A stretch of 63,753 nucleotides of DNA, the filler included, from Reclinomonas americana ATCC 50394 (taxonomy: Eukaryota), in assembly GCA_048213135.1 (NCBI GenBank). It is 14 parts of 14 records of this genome, joined end to end, with 100 filler letters (N's around TTAATTAATTAA, not from the genome) between each part and the next. Parts side by side here need not be neighbours in the genome. Positions count along the whole stretch, not along the records: positions 11,121 to 13,122 come from AFZH01019273.1; positions 13,223 to 16,745 come from AFZH01019274.1; positions 16,846 to 22,632 come from AFZH01019275.1; positions 22,733 to 24,892 come from AFZH01019276.1; 10 more parts are not named here. One strand, 5' to 3'. This document shows, one piece after another, positions 11,121 to 24,040 of the stretch; the stretch's first letter is position 1, and every line of letters begins with the position of its first letter. A model generated the notes under the pieces. It was not told the origin of the DNA, ran no database searches, and saw nothing but the letters and a program-made list of their open reading frames with translations. The position numbers were made by a program, and so were the translations under genes.

Positions 11121-14100
11121 CCCCCGGTTCATCGGCAGCCAGTGGAAGCGGCGCGGGTGAGCAAGTGCAGCTGCGCATCCGTGGCTCGCTCGACAAGGGC
11201 TTCTTTGTCGACGGACTGCAGGAGAGGCGTGTGCGTGGTCCGCGCAATATTTTGTCGCTGCTGGAGCGCATCACCGCTGCTCTGGAGCGCAAGCGGCGCT
11301 CACTCTCACAGTCGCACGTTGTGCTGACGATTACGCTGCGCCAACTCATTGATGAGCGTTGCGTGGGCGAGTGCGGGGGCACGGATGAATCGGTGTGTGG
11401 GTGCTGATTCCTTTCAACAAATGGCAGACTCGGGCGGTCTCATTTCGCACTTCAACTTTGTCGACTTGGCCGGCTCCGGTGCCGGCAAGGACAACAAGGA
11501 CATGCTCACGCTGTCGCGTGTCATCATGGCGCTGAACAGTGGCTCCCGCGGTGCTGCGGTGCCGTACCGCGATGCCAAGCTCACGTCCATGTTGCACCAC
11601 GCGTTTGGCGGAGATGGTCAAACTGTTGCGTTCCCCTGGATGCACCTCTCCCCGCTCTCGCGCCATCTCATGTGTCTGTGACTGGCAGCTCATGGTCGTG
11701 TGCGTTTCGCCCGACATGGAACAAGCGCCGGATACGCGTACCAACTTGGTGTACGCGGAGCGTGCGCTGCGCATCAAGAATCGACCGCGACCCAACACCT
11801 TCGACATCAAAGACGAGAGTGCGGCGCTCTTCCTCATGGAGAAGCGCATCTCGGAGATGGAACAGCAGATCGAGTTCCTCGACCAGCAGCTGGAGGAGGC
11901 GCGCACCGGTGCCGCAAACTCCGACGAGCTTGACGCTCTGCGAGCGCGCATCGCCGAGCTGGAGGCGGAGAACGCCCGTCTGCGAGCGGCTAATGCTGAA
12001 CTGCGCGAGAGGCTCGACGAGTTGTCGAAGCGACAGGCGTCACTCGAGCACGAGAATGCCACTCTGCTAGCACAGGTGAGTTGCCTTCGCTTCTCCATTT
12101 TTTTGTGTGTGGCGCTCACTCCATGTGTTGCGTGCAGCTCAAGGATGTCGACAGTGCCGGTGCGACGCTGGCCACTGAAATCTCCGACATGCACAAGCAG
12201 ATCGAGGCACAGGCGGAGCGCATTCGCGAGTATGAGAAATCCACCAAGAACGACCAGCAGCTGATCTCACAGTTGGAGGCCGACCTGGCCGATGCACGCA
12301 AGCAGCACGCCGAGTTGCACGACTTGGTACGCCACTCCCTCTCCCTCTCCCTCTCCCTCTCTCTATCCTCTCACTGACGCTCCTGTTGCAGTTTGATGCC
12401 GAGCAGCAAGTGTCGGCGGAGCGCGAGGCCGAGCTGAACGATCTGCGCGAGCAGCTGCAGGACCGCGATCGAACCATCGAGGACTTGCAGCAGCAGCTGG
12501 AGCAGTCCGAGACCGACCATGCGGCGGTCTGTCTGTGGCCTGTGTGTCTCTTTCCCTTCTCTCGCTGCAGAGCTCACTCTCGTGCGTGTCCACTGCCCAC
12601 TGCAACAGGAGCTGGAGGCGCTGAAGGCCAGTCGCAGCCAGGGGGAGCAGGAGGTCGACGCGCAACGTGAGAAATTGCGCAAGTTGGAGGCCGAGGCACA
12701 AAAGGTGCGTGAGGAGGGCCTGCACGCGCGCGTACATTCTGGCTGACTCTTCTCCGAAAAAAGCTGGCAAGTGAGCTGCAAGCCGCCAAGACCACAGTCG
12801 CGGAGCAACGAGATGAAATCGACGGCCTCAAACGGCAGGTGGGCTCACTTTCGGCAGAAAAGTCGGGCCTCGGCGACAATCTCGACTCGCTGCGTCAGGC
12901 GCGCGCCAATGTTGCGTATCCACAAGCCCCTCTGTGCGTGTTAAAATGCCCAACTTACCCCCCGTGTCGTCGGCTCGCAGCTGGAGCAAGAGTTGCAGCA
13001 GAAGAAGAAGGAGGTCGAGCAAGTACGAAGCACCCTCGACGACACCACACGACAGCGCGGTCAGTGCATGCTGTGCCTGATTCCCCTGCTTCATCACCAT
13101 CATCATCTTCTTCTCAATTTTCNNNNNNNNNNNNNNNNNNNNNNNNNNNNNNNNNNNNNNNNNNNNTTAATTAATTAANNNNNNNNNNNNNNNNNNNNNN
13201 NNNNNNNNNNNNNNNNNNNNNNCTGCAGGGTGGCACATCGCAACGCGACACACTGGAAATGTCCGTCGGCCAGCTGCAGGCGCAGCTGCGTGAGCTTCAA
13301 GGTGCTCTGACGGCGGCCGAGGCCGACAAGGCTCTCCGCATGGGCCAGCTGGCTGCGCGCAACGATGCGCTGGCGGCGGCCAAGCAGGAAATCAGTCGCC
13401 TGGAAGGTGACGTGCGACAGCAGGTGGCGTTGGTGGCCGACGGTCAAAAGACGGCATCCGGCCTCAAGAGCGAGCTGGAACGGGAGCGCGCAGCGCGAGC
13501 GGCCGACAGCGCACGATTCGAACGGCAGCTGAAGGCGCTGGAGGATGAGTTGGCGCAGCGCCGCCACCAGCTGGAGCAGGCGAACGACGAGCTGGAGCAG
13601 GTGCGTGCGGCCAAGGAGGCTGCCGATGCCGCATTGCAGGAGGTGTTGGCCAAGGTGGACAAGAAGCGCGAAAAGGTGGCCGGCGCACGAGCGACCAGCT
13701 CTGCGCTTGAGGTGATGGGTCACAAGATTCGCGAACAGCTGGCGCAACTGCAGGAGGAGCGTGCGGCGCTGGAGGCGGCGGTGGCCGACGCCAATCGCCG
13801 CTGCGAAGATGCCATTCGCGAGCGTAACCAGCGCGACGCCGCCAATGCCAAGCAGGTGGCGCGTCTGCAGGAGCAGCTGGCCGCGCAAACGAAGCGGGCC
13901 GACGGTTTGGAGATGAATCTGGACAAGGCCACTGGCGACCTGCAGAAGACGCAGGCGCAGCTTAAGCAGTCGGATACCGAGAAGCAGGCCGCCGAGAGCC
14001 GTGCATCGCAACTAGAAGAGCGACTGCGAGCGGCGCAGGAGGGTGCCAGTGCGGCGGGCAGTCGTGCTGCGGAACTCGAGGGCGAGTTGTCGCAGTGGCG

Positions 14101-17100
14101 TCGCACGGCGGAGGAACGCGGTGCACAGATCGCAGAACTCCAGCGCGGTGAGCACCGGTCGGAGCAGGCGGCTGCCCGTGCTGCCTCGCGAATTCAGCAC
14201 CTGGAGGGGCGTGTGGGCGAGCTGGAGCGTGAACACGCCGACTCGCGCGCTGCGGCCAACGATGCGCGCAAGAGCGCCGATCAGGAGCGTCTGGAGAAGG
14301 AGGCATTGGCGGCGACCGTTGCCCAGCTCACCGAGCGCCTGCGCGATGCGCAGTCGGCGCTGACCACGGCGCGGTTCGTCGATTGTCGCTGTTCTGCAGA
14401 ACAGTCTACCTGCCTACCTGCTTACACCACCCCTACATACGCACAGTGCCGCCAACACCATGCAACAGCAGCAACTGACAGCAGCCGCAACTGCGGCGGC
14501 CGAGGCCCAGCAAGAGGTGGTGCGTCTGGAGGGCTTGGCGCGCGCTCTCGAAGCGCAGTTGCGCGATGCCAAGGTGCAGCTGGGAGAAGGCGCAGCGCAG
14601 CTGGAGAGCGAGAGGAGTGCTCGTTGCGTCCAGCCGCCTTTTCCCTGTTTGACTCTTGCTGGCTATTTATGATGTTGTGCAGGAGCGGCGGAGGCCAAGG
14701 TGGCTGCTGCCAACAAGAAAACGCTGGAGGAGCAGCTGGCGGTGCAACGGCAGGCGGTGGCCGACTGCCAGAAGGAGCTGCATGATGAGCGTGGAGCGCG
14801 TGCGGCTGCCGAGTCGGCTCTCCGTGAGGCGAAGCAGGCGTTGCAGCGTGAGGAGGTGAGGTCGATCGAGCAGTGGTGTCGTGATGGAGTACGCACTAAT
14901 GCGTGCACACGCATGACACTGTGCAGGGCAAGGTGACGTCGAGTGAGGCCGCTCTGACCGACGCCCTCAACAAGCTTCGCCAGCGGAACACACAGATTGA
15001 AGAACTGGCGGCGCACGAAGCAGCGCTCACCAAGCTGCTCGACGATGTCGAGAAGGAGAGGGTTGAACGTGTGGCTGCGCACGAGCGTGAGTGCTCGACT
15101 CTGGCCGAGCAGCAGAAGCAGGTTTGATGCCATCAACACGCTCATTGACCCTCTTCCTCTCGTCAACTTACATGCATGTGTGGGGGGGAAAAACAGTTGG
15201 CCGCGCAGTTGGACGCCGCCGGTAGCCGAGCTGTGGCGCTGGAGCGCAAGGACGAGGAGAAGGGTCGCGTGATTGACGGCCTGAAGAGCGACTTGCAGGC
15301 CTCGCGTGCTGCCACTGCCGATCTGGAGACGCGCCTGGCGCAGCACCAGAAGCTGCTGCGGGATGCGGAGGCGGCGCGTGTCGCTCTCGCATCGCGCCTC
15401 ACCGAGGTCGAATCGGAGATGCAGCAGTGGAAGACGACGGCGGAGGAGCGTGGCAAGCGGCTCTCCGAGTTGCACCACGATCTCGAGCAGGTGCAGCAGG
15501 CAGAGGCGCGACAACAGGCGCGCGCCGATCATCTGGAGAGTCGTCTGAAGGAGGCTGAGAGGGCGCTGGAGGAGGCGCGTGCGGCACTGGCCGCCGAGCG
15601 TGCACTCAGTGCCACTGCGGTGGTCGACAAGGACAGTGTGCAGGCCGAAAATGCGCAGCTGCGTGATCGGCTGCGAGTGGCGCAGGCGGCACTCACTTCG
15701 GCGCAGGCAGACGTTGCGCTGGCCAAGGAGGAGGCCAACACACGAACGGCTGCACTGGCGCAGCGGCAAGCGGATGTAGCCCGGTTGGAGCAGAGCCTGC
15801 GCGACTCGGATGACCATGGCAAGGAGTTGGCGCGTCAGCTGGCGGAGCTGCAGGCGGAACACGACCGCAGTGTGCGTACCAATGCTGCGGCCGTGGAGTC
15901 CCTGACGCAGGCGCAGCAGCAGGCGCAGCACGAGTTGCAGGACCGCGCGCTGGCCATTGAGGATTTGAGCAATCAGCGAGCGACGCTGCAGGCTGAGGTC
16001 AACCGTCTGCGTGCCGAGGTGGAGAAGCGCAACAGCGAATTCGGCAACACCGATGCCGAGCTGCGTCGCAAGACAGCCGAATGCACGCGTCTGCAGGCCA
16101 AGAGTGCGTCGCTCGAGTCGCGAGTGGCGGAGGTGGAGACCAATCTCGACTCGACAAAGCAGGCGCTTCGCGATGCGCAGGCCGCCGTCGATAAGCTGCG
16201 CGCGGACAAGGATGCGCTCGGCAGCGAGAGCAGCAAGTTGCGCGCCCAGGCGCAGGAGTTGCGCGATGCGGCGGCTGCCGCCAACCAGGCGGTCAGCCAC
16301 ACCAAGGAGCAACTGGACGCGGCAACACGCGACCTGGCCGAGGCACAGCGCGAGGTACATTCATCTTCCTTCCTCTCCCTAGCCTACCTACCTTGTGCTG
16401 TGCTGACACTCTCCTTTCGTCGTGCAGTTGAGCAAGTTGGATGCGTCGCTGGTGTCGGAGAGTGCCAAGTTGCGCGACGAGAGTAAGAAGGGCCAGGCGC
16501 TCGCCGACGAACTCGAAGGTGTGCGGCGGCAGGCGGCGGCCGATGCTAAGGCCGCCGAGGCACGTCAAGATGCTCTGCGTCGCGAACTCGCCGCGTGCCA
16601 AAAGGCACTGAAGGAGACAGAGGCCAAGTTGGCGAGCGAAACGCGCGCTCGCGAGGATCTGGAGGCCCAACTGGCCGCCCTGAACGACAAGGTGCAGCAG
16701 AAAAAGTCCAAGGTGCAGAGTGTGCGCGGTGAGCTCCACCAGCAANNNNNNNNNNNNNNNNNNNNNNNNNNNNNNNNNNNNNNNNNNNNTTAATTAATTA
16801 ANNNNNNNNNNNNNNNNNNNNNNNNNNNNNNNNNNNNNNNNNNNNACTGGAGAAGTCGCTGGCCGAGACCGCGGCTCGCCTGGCAGACACGCAGAACAAG
16901 CTGAAGGACTGTGAAGACGCGCTGCAGCGCGAACGACGTGGTCGAGCGGCCGATAAGCAGGCTGCCGGTGCGCAGGTTGCACAGCTCGAGGCCGATGTTG
17001 CTCGACATGTGGCGGCACAAGCTGATCTGAGTGGCAAGCTCGAGGGTGCGCACCAGCTGGCCACCGACGCCGTTGCGCAAGTCAAGGAGGTTTGTATGTG

Positions 17101-20100
17101 GACACGCTTGATTTCTCATACGGTCGAGTTCGTTCTAACAAGCGAGTCTCCAGCTGACTGGCAAGGTGACAAACAAGAAGGCCAAGATCGGCAACTTGAA
17201 GAACGCCGTCGCTGATCAGCGGCGACAGGCTGAGGTACTTTTCCTCGTTTTTGTTTTCTTGTGTGATGCTGATGCTCATCCATTGTGCGACAGAACAACC
17301 GCGCACAAGCCGAGAGCCTGCGTGCGGATGTCGACAGTCTCCGACAGCAGCTGGAGGCCGAAAAGGCGGCGCGTGAGTCGCTGAAGGGAGAGAAGGCACA
17401 GGCCGACGCCGAGGCAGCAGCCGCTGCCACCGAGGTTTGTTTCTGCAGAAGAGAGAGTGTTGGCTCATGAATTACTCAACTTGAACCACCAGCATCGCCG
17501 GCAATTGTCCGCACTGGAGGACAAGGTGGCCGCTCTGCAGTCCACCGTCGAAGACGACAATGCCGAGAAGCGCACATTGCAGTCGCGCCTCAAGGCCGCC
17601 GAAGCCGACAAGGCTGCGCTGGCGGAGCGACACGAGGCAACCGAGCGTGAGCTGGCCGGCGTGGCGGAGAAACTGGGCGCCTCGTCGTTGCGCGAGAAGG
17701 CACTGCTCGGCGAGGTGGACGAACTGAAGGCGCAATCGGCAGCCAAGGCCGCTCAGTTGGCCGACCTGCAGAGTGCTCTGCGTCGTGCCGAGGAGAATGC
17801 GCTGCGTGCTGACAATCGCAACAAGGCGCTGAAGGCGCGTATCGACGAGCAAGACGAGGCGGCCGAAGTGCAGCGCAAGGCGCTGCTGGCCGCCAATGCC
17901 GCGGTGGAGGACGAGCGCCGCGATCGGGAGCGCATGAATGGCGAGATTCGCGAGGCCGGTGCACGGTTGACGGCAGCCGAGGGCGAGGTCGCGCGTCTGC
18001 GCACGTTGCTGGACGAGGCCGTGCGTGCCAAGGACACCACCTCGGCGGGAGATGCGCAGCGGCTGGCGGAGATTGTTCGCATGGAGAGCGAGCTGCAGGA
18101 GGAGCAGAACCGGTGCGCGGCGTTGAAGCGACGCGTTGCCGACATCACCGAGGCGCTGGACCGGGAGAAGGCGGCCGTCGCACGTGCTGCGGCCGAGGTC
18201 GCCGATCTCAAGGCGCAGCTGGCCAAGGCCGCCGAGGCAGCGCAAGCACAAAACGCCAAGGCCGATGGCCAGCAGCAGGCGGCCGCGGAAGCACTGGCGG
18301 CGGAGCGTGCTCGAGCCAATGAGCTCGCCGAGGAACTGGCCGCGGCACGCAAGCAGGTGTGTGTGCTCAAGTGGGCAAGTTTGATGGGAGGTTTTTTGAC
18401 TGTCACTCACCTTTTATCTGCATGCAGGTCGACGCACTTGCCGCCCAGATCAAGGAGGGCCGCGAAGGCGCTGCGCAAGCGGATGAGGTGATTGTTTTTA
18501 CGTGGGTTGTGAATTGCGCCTCGCGGTGAATGATCTGACTCGCTTGCTTTGTTGGCGACGACAGCGTGCCCGCGCGCAAAAGTCCCGCCTGGAGAGCGAG
18601 CTGACGACGGCCGCCGAGCGTCTGCGACAGCAGGACACGGAGACCAAGAATCGTGTGGCCGCGTTGGAGGAGGAGATTGCTCGCTTGCGTGAGCAGCTGC
18701 GAGCGGTGACGCACGATGGAGTGGCCGCCAAGGCGGCCGCCGACGAGGAGGCGGAGAAGCTGAATTCCGAAATCAACAAGCTGCGCACGGCGCTCGAGCG
18801 TGAGCGTGGCGACGCCAGTGCCGATTCGGTGCGTCTGCGTGAGCGATTGGCGCTGCTGGAGAAGGAGGTGGCGGACAAGCAAGTCGAGATTTCGTCCAAG
18901 GAGGTGAGCAGGGAGAGCATGGTCATCGATTCATGTGATTGTGTGTGTGTGTTTTTTTGTTACTGACTCTTGGCGAGCAGGCGCAAATCGCAGCCATGCG
19001 CGGAGAGTTGCAGGCGGCCGCCAACAGGGTGCACGATGCGAATCGCGAGGTGGCGGTCGCCAAGGAGAAAGTGGAGGCAGCCGAGCGTCGAGTGCGTCGT
19101 GAGACCGATCACAACAGTGCGCTGCAGAAGCAGCTGGAGGAGCTTGCGGAGCGGCGGTCGCAGTTGGAGCGCGATCTGGAGGAGATCCCGCGGCTGCAAA
19201 TGGAGCTGGACCGTGCACGAGCTCTCATCTCCAATCAGCAACTGGCCATTGCTCAAGGCGACACCAAGTACGAGGCACTGCGGAAGCACACGGATGAAGT
19301 GGAGGCGAAGCAGGCGAACCACGACGCAGAGCGCGGTGCACTACTGGACAAGATCGACGACTTGGAGCGGTCGCTCATTGCTGCCGAAGCCGAGACCAAG
19401 GCCACGGCCGAAGCGGTGAGAGTTGTTTGTAGAGTGTGACATTCAGCTCTGCATGCTCACGACTGCGCAGGCTGCACGCGCCGATGCGGAGACCAAGAAG
19501 GCGCATGCCAGAGCCGCGGATCTGACCATGGCGCTGGAGCAGCTGAAGCACGAGGTTTGATGGCCTCGCAGAGTTGGTCTTGCTGCGCATGGCGGTGCTG
19601 ACTGGCCGTTTGCAGTTGGAGGCGCAGCAAATGCAGAACCGAGTGCAGGCGGAACAGGCGGCTGCGGAGCAGACTGTGCTGAACGACACCATTCGTGACT
19701 TGAAGATGCGCGAGGAGTCGCTGATGGGCGAGCTGCAGCGTCTCTCGTCGACAATTGATATTGCCAATGTGGCCATTCAGGATCTGCGCGGCGACAAGGA
19801 GCGGGTGGGTTGTCTCGCTTGTGTCACCATCCGCGGTACAAAGTTGCTTATAATCTGTGTTCGTGTATGTACACAGCTGGAGGCCGAAATCGCCAAGTTG
19901 CAGCACGCACTCGACGTGGCGACGGGCGACTTGGCGAGTGCACACGAGGCCAAGGGTGAGTTCCCATTCTCTCTCGTTGCACCGTACGCCAGTGTCGTTG
20001 AATCTCACTGATTTGTCTCTTCTCCCACCGTTGCAGCCGCTCTTGATGTGCGCTGCAATGCAGCGGAACAGCTGGCCGAGAAGCGCCTGGAACGCATCAA

Positions 20101-20867
20101 GCAGCTGGAGGACGAGCTCCGTCAACTGCTGTCTCGTTCCAACACCGCCATCAAGAACCTGACCACGGAGCTGACTGAGGCGCGGTCGGCGCTGGCCGAC
20201 GCACGTGCCGATCTCGGCACCACCACCAACGAGAGGAACGAATTGCTGGAGCAGCTGTCGAACGAGAGGCAGGCGCACCAGGCTGACAACACGCAGAATA
20301 CCGAAGAGCTGGCACGTCTGCGTGCCGAGTTGGCCGAGGCGAAGGAACGCCACTTGAAGGAGATGCAGAGCACGGTCAATAGCCTGCGCTCCACCATGAA
20401 GGCTCTCGACACGGAGGTCGCGACGCAGAAGCGTTTGGCCGATGGTGCGTCGCCATCGTCGTCCCGAGTGTGATCACGTCTCTTTCTCCCCCTCGTTGAC
20501 TCACTCGCAACTGTGTTGTTTGTGTGCAGAGCGCGCCAAGCGAGTGGGCGAGTTGGAGCGCCTCTTTGCCGAGGCACAGATGGTGATTACGAAGAATAAC
20601 GCGGAGCTCGACCGAGCACGCAACGAGTTGAATACGTTGGAGAATGCTCGCGCCCAGCTGGCGCAGAGCGACGAATCGCGAGCCCTGCTGCAAAAGGACT
20701 TGCGAGATGCGCAGGCCAAGCTGGCTCTGATGGAAGAGGAGGTCGACTACTTGCGATCGGTGGTCGACGGTAACCCGCGTCTGCACGACCTGGTCTACAT
20801 TGACGACAAACTGGCCGGTAGCCGCAGCAGTGGTAGTGACCGTAGCAAGCGTCCGTGGAAGCCGTAG
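11121..20867 (+). CDS. Divergent kinesin motor domain (C-terminal half visible) plus very long coiled-coil tail; spans two gaps
   Basis: GFFVDGLQE, SHVVLTITL, FNFVDLAGSG, VPYRDAKLTSML, FGGDGQTLMVVCVSP, NLVYAERALRIKNRP, then about 9 kb of heptad E/A/L/Q/R-rich exons with mostly phase-0 introns. Confidence 0.8.
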
Positions 20868-20944
20868 AAGAATCGAGCGTGTGGCAGAAGCGAAGGCGTG
20901 CGTGTATGTGATAAAAAATGAAAACCATCTTTGTGCGAAACAGT

Positions 20945-22188
20945 TCAGTGTGCGTGCTGCAGCTTGTGGAAGAAGCGGTGGATGCGAGTGAGCGCTTCGT
21001 TGGCACGCGCATTCTGCTCCGGCACGTTCCAGTCGCCTGCGAGTCAGAGACATTTAGTCTACACGAGAATTCTACACGTAAAGGTTGGTGATGCCACGCA
21101 ACCACGAGCGCCGAGGAAGCCTGCGGATGGAGGGGGAAAAAACAACAACTACGGGTGAGTGACGTTGTGGAGCGCAGAGTGGAGGAGGCTGGTGCAAGAC
21201 GAACCATGGAACATGTCTGGCCACGAGTCGTACTCGCAGGCGGCTCCGAACGGCTTGCGATCGAGCGTCTCCTTGAAGGGCTCCAGCGGCGGGTCATCCT
21301 GCACTCATACAGTGAGCATCTAGGGGGACTGAAGGAGACGAGAGCGCACAGGTGAGACCTTGGTGTTGATGAGGAGGAACGGGCAGGTGGCCTGCAGCAC
21401 AGCCGGCAGTGGTGAGGACGTGCAAGCACCGGTGATGAGGGAGTACACACACACACACACACACCTTGTCCAACACCTCCGCAGAGAGGTTTGACGGATG
21501 CACACCGGCGACACCGTCGAGAGTGTCTGGGAGCGTGGCGAGGTGCATGCAAATCATCGCCCCCCAGCAGAGACCGAGTGTGAACACCTTGCCGCCAGGC
21601 TGCACGTTCTGCTTGAGGAACTCGGCCGCCGCTTGCCCATCGCGGCCCACCTGGTCATAGGTGGCGCGCTCGCCAATGAACTTCATAATGTCGTCCCTCG
21701 CCGGTGGCCACGGGTCTGTGGGGAACGGTGCTCCCTGTGCAGCGGGAAAAAAGAGTGGTGAGCGTGGAGAAGTCGAAACTGGTATGGGGCAACGAAACGT
21801 GGAACAGGTCCGGCATCACCACCAGCGCGTTGAGCGAGTCGGCGAGTCGGTCGACGACCTGGCAACGAAAGATGAGTGATGGATGATTGATTGATGCATG
21901 CATGCAAGCATGCACTGCACACACCTGGTACGTATTCGGATGCAGTCCAAAGATGTCGTAGATGAAGAGAATGCCGCACGTGGCGGAGGCGCCTTGCGAG
22001 ACGTACGCCTGCAGCTCACCAGCGATCGGCAGTGTCGAACCGCGAGGTTCGTACGCTTGACCAGTGACGGGAGCCACGTCGGTCGGGCAGCACGAGGCGG
22101 ATCCTGTGCATGTGTGGTGCATTTAGTGGGGAGGAGAAGGGGAGACGACGCGGTGGCAGGAGGGAGTCACACCTGCAGCGCTCAACAT
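20945..22188 (-). CDS. Dienelactone hydrolase family protein
   Basis: SCCP, GILFIYDIFGLHPNTYQVVDRLA, VVMPDLFHG, nucleophile elbow GLCWG, GVHPS, MFHGFLGARGDW. Confidence 0.88.
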
Positions 22189-22360
22189 GATCGCCTGAGA
22201 CAAAAAAGAATGAATCTTTGTCTAAAGGCGTGTTGTCTCCGGCCGACGGACTGCTTGTCCTCGTACGCGAGGTGTGCAAGAAGGAGGAGGTGATGCACAA
22301 GGTCGTGGGAAGCAAGTATGCTGCGCGAAAGCAATTCGGATCAAGTGGAATAGCTTTGAT

Positions 22361-22384
22361 ATCGATATCGCATGCGATATCGAT
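22361..22384. repeat. Perfect 24-bp palindrome ATCGATATCGCATGCGATATCGAT
   Basis: Sequence equals its own reverse complement. Confidence 0.9.
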
Positions 22385-22732
22385 CTTGTTTGCCGTTTCT
22401 GCAGTAAACCTGGCCACCGGTCGCCGTACCTGACTGTACCTTCTTGGTAGCGCAGCAAACTTCCACAGCCGGTCATGGTGTGATTCCAGATTGCAATCGC
22501 AGCTCGGAAGAGAAGCCGAATCAAATATCGGTGTCGCTTTGGAACGCTGGGAGGCACCGTCACTGTCAGTGTACATGCCAGCTCGGATACTGCGATCTGA
22601 ATTGCAGCTGCTTGTGCAAAGCCTGCAGCGAANNNNNNNNNNNNNNNNNNNNNNNNNNNNNNNNNNNNNNNNNNNNTTAATTAATTAANNNNNNNNNNNN
22701 NNNNNNNNNNNNNNNNNNNNNNNNNNNNNNNN

Positions 22733-22778
<46 letters not shown>

Positions 22779-22789
22779 TGTGTGTGCAG

Positions 22790-23894
22790 CTGCCTTCGTA
22801 GCCTGCGCTGACTGCGCTGCGGTGTGTGCAGGAAATCGGCCGGAAACGCATGGAGATGGACGTGCTGCCGAATGACAACCTCACGCGCCTGTACGAGTAC
22901 CACGCAGACATTCAGCCGATGGAGGCCCGCCACCGCAAGGTGGCCATGACGGCGTTGGTGACGTATTTCGTGGCGCACTCGAATCTGCTGGGCGGAATCG
23001 CGTGGGCGCTGGTGCATTTGGCCATTCAGGACCGACAGCACGCCCAGCGTGTCATGACGGAGATTGAGGATGCGATTCGTCGGCACGGCCCACAGTTTAC
23101 GTCGCAGTACGATCTGCTGTTGGTGGAGTTGCCGCACCTGGAGCGGGTGATTTGCGAGGGACTGCGCATCGCGCAACACTCGCCAGTGCCGCGTCTGACA
23201 GTACGGCCGTGGGTGATGGAAGATCAAGACAGAGACGGCAAGCGAGTAGAGTGGCACCTGCCGACCGACACCTTCCTGCTCACGCGCCTGTACGAGATGA
23301 ACACGGTGAATCCGTACATGGCGGCCTACGAAGACGCACCGGCCATGTCGCAGTTTGAGCCGGCTCGGTGGGACGACACGTTCCTGTCGGAGCGCTACTA
23401 CCGCAAGGACGATCCCGCCAAGTACACGGTATCGATCTTTGGCTACGGAACACACGCATGCCCCGGCCGCAAGTTTGCCATTGCCGCCAGCAAGGTACGC
23501 CACTACTCTCCAGGGGTGGGGCTGTTGCGTGTTGTTGTGCCTGACAAAAGAGATGGGCACGCAGATCATTCTGAGCAAGCTGTTGTGGCGATACCGCTTG
23601 TTCCGCAAGTTTGGCGCAGTGCACATTCCGTACATGGCGCGCACCGCTGTGGCGCATCCTATCGGATCGTGCGAATTCGAGTACAAGAGCTCAGCTGTGA
23701 TGGAGCGCGAACGAGCCGAGAAGGAGCGGCAACGGCAGCAGGAAGAAGGACAACAACAGGCGAACGGCGAAGGCACGAACTCGCCGACGGCGGCGGCGGC
23801 GGTGACCACCAGCGCACAACTGGGCGGTCCGACGTCGCCACCCATTGCACAGCGCACCTCGGTTTCTTCGCCACCGTCCGCGCCAGTCTCATAG
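22790..23894 (+). CDS. Cytochrome P450, C-terminal part (5' end lost in gap)
   Basis: ExxR (ICEGLR), FEPARW meander, heme motif FGYGTHACPG. Confidence 0.9.
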
Positions 23895-24040
23895 AGGGAG
23901 CGTATGTGTGTGTGTGTGTGTGTGTGTGGGTGAGGAAGACAATAGACAAGAGCCTCGCCACCGCCTGTGTAATGCCTTGAGAAGAGTGTATATCAAGAAC
24001 TTCGCCGCACTGTCGTCCTCTCATCTCTCATTGACAGAGG

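Noticed and set aside
13175..20353. Long minus-strand ORFs (e.g. 14663-16360, 17472-18410)
   Set aside because: Antisense shadows of the GC-biased coiled-coil exons; no motifs, and splice signals are on the plus strand
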